Below, one piece after another: positions 1 to 10,500 of a stretch of 64,000 nucleotides of DNA. This stretch comes from Eledone cirrhosa (taxonomy: Eukaryota), in assembly GCA_964016885.1 (NCBI GenBank), contig OZ024743.1, positions 205,716,001-205,780,000 of the forward strand, in the 5' to 3' direction. How positions within the stretch are numbered: the first letter of the stretch is position 1; each line of letters begins with the position of its first letter. The position numbers and the translations under genes were made by a program. A model generated the notes under the pieces. That model was not told the DNA's origin. It was given only the letters and a program-made list of their open reading frames with translations, and made no database searches.

Positions 1-3000
1 GGCTGGAAATTATAGCTGCTTGTAGGGCTAGAAATTATCTCCCCTTGGACGGCTGGAAATTATCTCCCCTTGATTTTTTTTACTAATTATCTCCCCCTGA
101 TTTTTTTTTACAAATATCTCCCCTTGGCTGCCTGGAAATTATCTCCCCTTGGCAGGCTGGAAATGATCTCCCCTTGGACGGCTGGAAATTATCTCCTCTT
201 GGACGCCTAGAAATTACCTCTCCTTGGACAGCTGTAAATTATCTCCCCTTGGACGGCTGGAAATTATCTCGCCTTGGACGGCTGGAAATTATCTCCCCTT
301 GATTTTGTATACAAATTATCTCCCCCTGATTTTTTTTTACAAATTATCTGCCCCTGATTATTTTTTTACAAATTAGCTCCGCCTGATTTTTTTTTAAAAT
401 TATCTCCCCTTGGACGGCTGGAAATTATCTCCCCTTGGACGGCTGGAAATTATCTCCCCTTGAACGGCTAGAAATTACCTCTCCTTGGACGGCTGAAAAT
501 TATCTCCCCTTGGACGGCTGGAAATTATCGCCCCCTGATTTTTTTTAACAAATTATCTCCACCTGATTTTTTTTACAAATCATCTCCGCCTGATTTTTTT
601 AAAAAATTATCTCCCTTTCGCTGGCTGGAAATTATCTCCCCTTGGACGCTGGAAATTATAGCCCCTTGGACGGCTGAAAATTATCTCCCCTTGATTTTTT
701 TTACATATTATCTCCCCCTGATTTTTTTTTACGAATTATCTCCCCGATTTTTTTTTACAAATTATCTCCCCCTGATATTTTTTTACAAATTATCTCCGCC
801 TGATTTTTTTAAAAAAATTATCTCCCCTTGGACGGCTGGAAATTATCTCCCCTTGAACGGCTGGAAATTATCTCCCCTTGGACGGCTGGAAATTATCTCC
901 CCTTGGACGGCTGGAAATTATCTCCCCTTGGACGGCTAGAAATTACCTATCCTTGGACGGCTGGAAATTATCTCCCCTTGGACGGCTGGAAATTATTTCC
1001 CCTTGATTTTTTTTACAAATTATCTCCCCCTGATTTTTTTTACAAATCTCCCCCTAATTTAAAAAAAAATTATCTCCCCTTCGCTGGCTGGAAATTATCT
1101 CCCTTTGGACGGCTGGAAATTATAGCTGCTTGTAGGGCTGGAAATTATCTCCCCTTGGACGGCTGGAAATTATCTCCCCTTTATGTCTTCTACAAATTAT
1201 CTACCCCTGATTTTTTTTTTACAAATTATCTCCGCCTGATTTTTTTTTACAAATTATCTGCGCCTGATTTTTTTTTACAAATTAGCTACGCCTGATTTTT
1301 TAAAAAATTATCTCCCCTTGGACGGCTGGAAATTATCTCCCCTTGGACGGCTGGAAATTATCTCCCCTTGGACGGCTAGAAATTATCTCTCTTTGGACGA
1401 CTGGAAATTATCTCCCCTTGGACGGCTGCAAATTATCTCCCCTTGATTTTTTTTACAAATTATCTCCCCCTGATTTTTTTTACAAATTATCTCCCCCTGA
1501 TTTTTTTTTACAAATTATCTACCCCTGATTTTTTTACAAATTATCTCCCCCTGATTTTTTTTTACAAATTATCTCCCCCTGATTTTTTTTACAAATTATC
1601 TCCCCCTGATTTTTTTTTACAAATTATCTCCCCCTGATTTTTTTACAAATTATCTCCCCCTGATTTTTTTTTACAAATTATCTCCCCCTGATTTTTTTAC
1701 AAATTATCTCCCCCTGATTTTTTTAAAAATTATCTTCCCTGGGCTGGCGGGAAATTATCTCCCCTTGGACGGCTGGAAATTATCTTCCCTTGCACGGCTG
1801 GAAATTATCTCCCCTTGGACAGCTGGAAATTATCTGCCCTTGATTTTGTTTTTACAAATTATCTCCCCCTGATTTTTTTTACAAATTATCTCCACCTGAT
1901 TTTTAAAAAAATTATCTCCCCTTGGACGGCTGGAAATTATCTCCCCTTGGCTGGAAATTATCTCCCCTTGGACGGCTAGAAATTATCTCTCTTTGGACGG
2001 CTGGAAATAATCTCCCTTTGATTTTTTTACAATTTATCTCCCTCTGATTTTTTTTACAAATCTCCCCCTGATTTTTTTAAAAAAATTATCTCCCCTTCGC
2101 TGGCTGGAAATTATCTCCCCTTGGACACTTGAAATTATATCCCCTTGGAGGGCTGGAAATTATCTTCCCTTGGACGGCTGGAAATTATCTCCCCTTGATT
2201 TTTTTTACAAATTATCTCCCCCTGATTTTTTTTACAAATTATCTGCCCCTGATTTTTTTTTACAAATTATCTCCGCCTGATTTTTTTTAAAATTATCTCT
2301 CCTTGGACGGCTGGAAATTATCTCCCCTTGATTTTTTTTACAAATTATCTCCCCCTAAATTTTTTTTACAAATTATCTACCCCTGATTTTTTTTTACAAA
2401 TTATCTCCCCCTGATTTTTTCTACAAATTATCTCCCCCTGATTTTTTTTTTACAAATTATCTCCCCCTGATTTTTTTACAAATTATCTCCCCCTGATTTT
2501 TTTTTCAAATTATCTCCGCCTGATTTTTTTAAATATTATCTTCCCTTGGCTGGCGGGAAATTATCTCCCCTTGGACGGCTGGAAATTATCTCCCCTTGGA
2601 AGGATGGAAATTATCTCCCCTTGGACGGCTGGAAATTATCTCCCCTTGCACTGCTGGAAATTATCTCCCCTTGGACGGCTGGAAATTATCTCCCCTTGGC
2701 TGAAAATTATCTCCCCTTGGACGGCTAGAAATTATCTCTCTTTGGACGGCTGGAAATTATCTCCCCTTGATTTTTTTACAAATTATCTCCCCCTGATTTT
2801 TTTACAAATCTCCCAGTGTGTTTTTTTTTAAATTATCTCCCCTTCGCTGGCTGGAAATTATCTCCCCTTGGACGCTGGAAATTATAGCCCCTTGGAGGGC
2901 TGGAAATTATCTTCCCTTGGACGGCTGGAAATTATCTCCCCTTTATTTTTTTTACAAATTATCTCCCCCTGATTTTTTTTACAAATTATCTCCCCCTGAT

Positions 3001-6000
3001 TTTTTTTTACAAATTATCTCCCCCTGATTTTTTTTACAACTTATCTCCGCCTGATTTTTTAAAAAAAATTATCTCCCCTTGGACGGCTAGAAATTACCTC
3101 TCCTTGGACGGCTGAAAATTATCTCCCCTTGGACGGCTGCAAATTATCTCCCCTTGATTTTTTTTACAAATTATCTCCCCCTGATTTTTTTTTACAAATT
3201 ATCTCCCCCTGATTTTTTTTACAAATTATCTCCCCCTGATTTTTTTTTACAAATTATCTCCCCCTGATTTTTTTTACAAATTATATCCCCTTGGCTGGCT
3301 GGAAATGATCTCCCCTTGGAGGCTGGAATTTATCTCCCCTTGGACGGCTAGAAATTACCTCTCCTTGGACGGCTGGAAATTATGTCTCCTTGGACGGCTA
3401 GAAATTACCTCTCCTTGGACGGCTGAAAATTATCTCCCCTTGGACGGCTGGAAATTATCTCCCCTTGATTTTTTTTACAAATTATCTCCCCCTGATTTTT
3501 TTTTACAAATTATCTCCCCCTGATTTTTTTTACAAATTATCTCCCCCTGATTTTTTTTTACAAATTTTCTCCCCCTGATTTTTTTTACAAATTATATTCC
3601 CTTGGCTGGCTGGAAATTATCTCCCCTTGGAGGCTGGAATTTATCTCCCCTTGGACGGCTAGAAATTACCTCTCCTTGGACGGCTGGAAATTATGTCTCC
3701 TTGGACGGCTGGAAATTATCTCCCCTTGGACGGCTGGAAATTATCTCCCCTTGGACGGCTGGAAATTATCTCCCCTTGGACGGCTAGATATTACCTCTCC
3801 TTGGACGGCTGGAAATTATCTGCCCTTGGACGGCTGGAAATTATCTCCCCTTGGACGGCTGGAAATTATTTCCCCTTGATTTTTTTTACAAATTATCTCC
3901 CGCTGATTTTTTTTTACAAATCTCCACCTAATTAAAAAAAAAATTATCTCCCCTTCGCTGGCTGGAAATTATCTTGCTTTGGACGGCTGGAAATTATAGC
4001 CACTTGTAGGGCTGGAAATTATCTCCCCTTGGACGGCTGGAAATTATCTCCCCTTGATTTTTTTTACTAAGTATCTCACCCTGATTTTTTTTTACAAATT
4101 ATCTCCGCCTGATTTTTAAAAAAAAATTATCTCCCCTTGGCTGGATGGAAATTATCTCCCCTTGGACGGCTGGAAATTATCTTCCCTTGATTTCTTCTAC
4201 AAATTATCTACCCCTGATTTTTTTTTTACAAATTATCTCTCCCTGATTTTTTTTTACAAATATCTCTCCTTGGCTGGCTGGAAATTATCTCCCCTTGGCT
4301 GGCTGGAAATTATCTCCCCCTGATATTTTTTTACAAATTAGCTCCCCCTGATTTTTTTTACAAATTATCTCCCCCTGATTTTTTTCACAAATTATCTCCC
4401 CCTGATTTTTTTTACAAATTATCTCCCCTGATTTAAAAAAAAAAATTATCTCCCCTTGGACGGCTGGAAATTATCTCCCCTTGGACGGCTGGAAATTATC
4501 GCCCCCTGATTTTTTTTTTACAAATTATCTCCACCTGATTTTTTTTACAAATCATCTCAGCCTGATTTTTTTAAAATATTATCTCCCTTGGCTTGCTGGA
4601 AATTATCTCCCCTTGGACGGCTATAAATTATCTCTCCTTCGACCGCTGGAAATTATCTCCCCTTGATTTTTTTACAAATTATCTCCCCCTGATTTTTTTT
4701 TACCAATCAACCCCTGATTTAAAAACAAAAATTATCTCCCCTTCGCTGGCTGGAAATTATCTCCCCTTGGACGGCTGGAAATTATCTCCCCTTGATTTTT
4801 TTTACAAATTATCTACCCCTGATTTTTTTACAAATTATCTCCCCCTGATTTTTTTTACAAATTATCTCCCCCTGATTTTTTTTTTTACAAATTATCTCCG
4901 CCTGATTTTTTTAAAATTATCTCCCCTTGGCTGGATGGAAATTATCTCCCCTTGGACGGCTGGAAATTATCTCCCCTTGGAAGGATGGAAATTATCTCCC
5001 CTTGGACGGCTGGAAATTATCTCCCCTTGCACGGCTGGAAATTATCTCCCCTTGGACGGCTAGAAATTACCTCTCCTTGGACGGCTGAAAATTATCTCCC
5101 CTTGGACGGCTGGAAATTATGTCCACCTGATTTTTTTTTACAAATCATCTCCGCCTGATTTTTTTAAAAACTTATCTCCCTTGGCTTGCTGGAAATTATC
5201 TCCCCTTGGACGGCTATAAATTATCTCTCCTTCGACGGCTGGAAATTATCTCCCCTTGATTTTTTTACAAATTATCTCCCCCTGATTTTTTTTACCAATC
5301 TACCCCTGATTTAAAAAAAAAATTATCTCTCCTTCGCTGGCTGGAAATTATCTCCCCTTGGACGGCTGGAAATTATCTCCCCTTGATTTTTTTTACAAAT
5401 TATCTACCCCTGATTTTTTTACAAATTATCTCCCCCTGATTTTTTTTTACAAATTATCTCCCCTTGATTTTTTTTTTTTTACAAATTATCTCCGCCTGAT
5501 TTTTTTAAAATTATCTCCCCTTGGCTGGATGGAAATTATCTCCCCTTGGACGGCTGGAAATTATCTCCCCTTGCACGGCTGGAAATTATCTTCCCTTGGA
5601 CGGCTAGAAATTACCTCTCCTTGGACGGCTGAAAATGATCTCCCCTTGGACGGCTGGAAATTATCTCCCCTTGGACGGCTGGAAATTATCTGCCCTTGAT
5701 TTTGTTTTTACAAATTATCTCCCCCTGATTTTTTTTACAAATTATCTCCCCTTGCACGGCTGGAAATTATCTCCCCTTGGACGGCTGGAAATTATCTGCC
5801 CTTGATTTTGTTTTTACAAATTATCTCCCCCTGATTTTTTTTACAAATTATCTCCACCTGATATTTTAAAAAATTATCTCCCCTTGGACGGCTGGAAATT
5901 ATCTCCCCTTGGCTGGAAATTATCTCCCCTTGGACGGCTAGAAATTATCTCTCTTTGGACGGCTGGAAATTATCTCCCCTTGATTCTTTTTACAAATTAT

Positions 6001-6449
6001 CTCCCCCTGATTTTTTTTACAAATCTCCCAGTGATTTTTTAAAAAAAATTATCTCCCCTTCGCTGGCTGGAAATTATCTCCCCTTGGACGCTGGAAATTA
6101 TAGCCCCTTGGACGCTGGAAATTATCTTCCCTTGGACGGCTGGAAATTATCTCCCCTTGATTTTTTTACAAATTATCTCCCCCTGATTTTTTTTTACAAA
6201 TTATCTCCCCCTGATTTTTTTTTTACAAATTATCTCCCCTTGGACGGGTGGAAATTATCTCCCCTTGGACGGCTTGAAATTATCTCCCCTTGGACGGCTA
6301 GAAATTACCTCTCCTTGGACGGCTGAAAATTATCTCCCCTTGATTTTTTTTACAAATTATCTCCCCCTGATTTTATTTTACATATTATCTACCCCTGATT
6401 TTTTTTTACAAATTATCTCCACCTGATCTTTTTTACAAATTATCTCCCC
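1..6449 (+). repeat. Higher-order block, copy 1 of the ~7.51-kb-offset duplication
   Basis: ORF-track offsets are 691->8201, 2546->10056 and 4593->12103 (all 7510) and 5955->13466 (7511). Rare variants are shared, e.g. ttatgtcttc and taccaatcaa. Confidence 0.93.
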
Positions 6450-7510
6450 TTGGCTGGCTGGAAATTATCTCCCCTTGGAGGCTGGAATTTATCTCCCCTT
6501 GGACGGCTGGAAATTATCTCCCCTTGGACGGCTAGAAATTACCTCTCCTTGGACGGCTGGAAATTATCTCCCCTTGAACGGCTGGAAATTATCTCCCCTT
6601 GGACGGCTGGAAATTATCTCCCCTTGGACGGCTGGAAATTATCTCCCCTTGATTTTGTATACAAATTATCTCCCCCTGATTTTTTTTTACAAATTATCTG
6701 CCCCTGATTATTTTTTTACAAATTAGCTCCGCCTGATTTTTTTTTAAAATTATCTCCCATTGGACGGCTGGAAATTATCTCCCCTTGGACGGCTGGAAAT
6801 TATCTCCCCTTGAACGGCTAGAAATTACCTCTCCTTGGACGGCTGAAAATTATCTCCCCTTGGACGGCTGGAAATTATCGCCCCCTGATTTTTTTTAACA
6901 AATTATCTCCACCTGATTTTTTTTACAAATCATCTCCGCCTGATTTTTTTAAAAAATTATCTCCCTTTCGCTGGCTGGAAATTATCTCCCCTTGGACGCT
7001 GGAAATTATAGCCCCTTGGACGGCTGGAAATTATCTCCCCTTGATTTTTTTTACATATTATCTCCCCCTGATTTTTTTTTACGAATTATCTCCCCCATTT
7101 TTTTTTACAAATTATCTCCCCCTGATTTTTTTTTACAAATTATCTCCGCCTGATTTTTTTACAAAAATTATCTCCCCTTGGACGGCTGGAAATTATCTCC
7201 CCTTGAACGGCTGGAAATTATCTCCCCTTGGACGGCTGGAAATTATCTCCCCTTGGACGGCTGGAAATTATCTCCCCTTGGACGGCTGGAAATTATCTCC
7301 CCTTGGACGGCTAGAAATTACCTCTCCTTGGACGGCTGGAAATTATCTCCCCTTGGACAGCTGGAAATTATCTCCCCTTGGACGGCTGGAAATTATTTCC
7401 CCTTGATTTTTTTTTTCAAATTATCTCCCCCTGATTTTTTTTACAAATCTCCCCCTAATTTAAAAAAAATTATCTCCCCTTCGCTGGCTGGAAATTATCT
7501 CCCTTTGGAC

Positions 7511-10500
7511 GGCTGGAAATTATAGCTGCTTGTAGGGCTAGAAATTATCTCCCCTTGGACGGCTGGAAATTATCTCCCCTTGATTTTTTTTACTAATTAT
7601 CTCCCCCTGATTTTTTTTTACAAATATCTCCCCTTGGCTGCCTGGAAATTATCTCCCCTTGGCAGGCTGGAAATGATCTCCCCTTGGACGGCTGGAAATT
7701 ATCTCCTCTTGGACGCCTAGAAATTACCTCTCCTTGGACAGCTGTAAATTATCTCCCCTTGGACGGCTGGAAATTATCTCGCCTTGGACGGCTGGAAATT
7801 ATCTCCCCTTGATTTTGTATACAAATTATCTCCCCCTGATTTTTTTTTACAAATTATCTGCCCCTGATTATTTTTTTACAAATTAGCTCCGCCTGATTTT
7901 TTTTTTAAATTATCTCCCCTTGGACGGCTGGAAATTATCTCCCCTTGGACGGCTGGAAATTATCTCCCCTTGAACGGCTAGAAATTACCTCTCCTTGGAC
8001 GGCTGAAAATTATCTCCCCTTGGACGGCTGGAAATTATCGCCCCCTGATTTTTTTTAACAAATTATCTCCACCTGATTTTTTTTACAAATCATCTCCGCC
8101 TGATTTTTTTAAAAAATTATCTCCCTTTCGCTGGCTGGAAATTATCTCCCCTTGGACGCTGGAAATTATAGCCCCTTGGACGGCTGAAAATTATCTCCCC
8201 TTGATTTTTTTTACATATTATCTCCCCCTGATTTTTTTTTACGAATTATCTCCCCGATTTTTTTTTACAAATTATCTCCCCCTGATATTTTTTTACAAAT
8301 TATCTCCGCCTGATTTTTTTAAAAAAATTATCTCCCCTTGGACGGCTGGAAATTATCTCCCCTTGAACGGCTGGAAATTATCTCCCCTTGGACGGCTGGA
8401 AATTATCTCCCCTTGGACGGCTGGAAATTATCTCCCCTTGGACGGCTAGAAATTACCTATCCTTGGACGGCTGGAAATTATCTCCCCTTGGACGGCTGGA
8501 AATTATTTCCCCTTGATTTTTTTTACAAATTATCTCCCCCTGATTTTTTTTACAAATCTCCCCCTAATTTAAAAAAAAATTATCTCCCCTTCGCTGGCTG
8601 GAAATTATCTCCCTTTGGACGGCTGGAAATTATAGCTGCTTGTAGGGCTGGAAATTATCTCCCCTTGGACGGCTGGAAATTATCTCCCCTTTATGTCTTC
8701 TACAAATTATCTACCCCTGATTTTTTTTTTACAAATTATCTCCGCCTGATTTTTTTTTACAAATTATCTGCGCCTGATTTTTTTTTACAAATTAGCTACG
8801 CCTGATTTTTTAAAAAATTATCTCCCCTTGGACGGCTGGAAATTATCTCCCCTTGGACGGCTGGAAATTATCTCCCCTTGGACGGCTAGAAATTATCTCT
8901 CTTTGGACGACTGGAAATTATCTCCCCTTGGACGGCTGCAAATTATCTCCCCTTGATTTTTTTTACAAATTATCTCCCCCTGATTTTTTTTACAAATTAT
9001 CTCCCCCTGATTTTTTTTTACAAATTATCTACCCCTGATTTTTTTACAAATTATCTCCCCCTGATTTTTTTTTACAAATTATCTCCCCCTGATTTTTTTT
9101 ACAAATTATCTCCCCCTGATTTTTTTTTACAAATTATCTCCCCCTGATTTTTTTACAAATTATCTCCCCCTGATTTTTTTTTACAAATTATCTCCCCCTG
9201 ATTTTTTTACAAATTATCTCCCCCTGATTTTTTTAAAAATTATCTTCCCTGGGCTGGCGGGAAATTATCTCCCCTTGGACGGCTGGAAATTATCTTCCTT
9301 TGCACGGCTGGAAATTATCTCCCCTTGGACAGCTGGAAATTATCTGCCCTTGATTTTGTTTTTACAAATTATCTCCCCCTGATTTTTTTTACAAATTATC
9401 TCCACCTGATTTTTAAAAAAATTATCTCCCCTTGGACGGCTGGAAATTATCTCCCCTTGGCTGGAAATTATCTCCCCTTGGACGGCTAGAAATTATCTCT
9501 CTTTGGACGGCTGGAAATAATCTCCCTTTGATTTTTTTACAATTTATCTCCCTCTGATTTTTTTTACAAATCTCCCCCTGATTTTTTTAAAAAAATTATC
9601 TCCCCTTCGCTGGCTGGAAATTATCTCCCCTTGGACACTTGAAATTATATCCCCTTGGAGGGCTGGAAATTATCTTCCCTTGGACGGCTGGAAATTATCT
9701 CCCCTTGATTTTTTTTACAAATTATCTCCCCCTGATTTTTTTTACAAATTATCTGCCCCTGATTTTTTTTTACAAATTATCTCCGCCTGATTTTTTTTAA
9801 AATTATCTCTCCTTGGACGGCTGGAAATTATCTCCCCTTGATTTTTTTTACAAATTATCTCCCCCTAAATTTTTTTTACAAATTATCTACCCCTGATTTT
9901 TTTTTACAAATTATCTCCCCCTGATTTTTTCTACAAATTATCTCCCCCTGATTTTTTTTTTACAAATTATCTCCCCCTGATTTTTTTACAAATTATCTCC
10001 CCCTGATTTTTTTTTCAAATTATCTCCGCCTGATTTTTTTAAATATTATCTTCCCTTGGCTGGCGGGAAATTATCTCCCCTTGGACGGCTGGAAATTATC
10101 TCCCCTTGGAAGGATGGAAATTATCTCCCCTTGGACGGCTGGAAATTATCTCCCCTTGCACTGCTGGAAATTATCTCCCCTTGGACGGCTGGAAATTATC
10201 TCCCCTTGGCTGAAAATTATCTCCCCTTGGACGGCTAGAAATTATCTCTCTTTGGACGGCTGGAAATTATCTCCCCTTGATTTTTTTACAAATTATCTCC
10301 CCCTGATTTTTTTACAAATCTCCCAGTGTTTTTTTTTTTAAATTATCTCCCCTTCGCTGGCTGGAAATTATCTCCCCTTGGACGCTGGAAATTATAGCCC
10401 CTTGGAGGGCTGGAAATTATCTTCCCTTGGACGGCTGGAAATTATCTCCCCTTGATTTTTTTTACAAATTATCTCCCCCTGATTTTTTTTACAAATTATC

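Noticed and set aside
420-434. NF-kB/Rel site in GGAAATTATCTCCCC
   Set aside because: The spacing between the GGG and TTCC half-sites does not fit the 10-11-bp GGGRNWYYCC consensus.
590-612. T-tracts and TnAn palindromes as intrinsic terminators or cruciforms
   Set aside because: No GC-rich stem precedes the T-tracts, the TnAn arms are short and AT-only, and there is no transcription unit.
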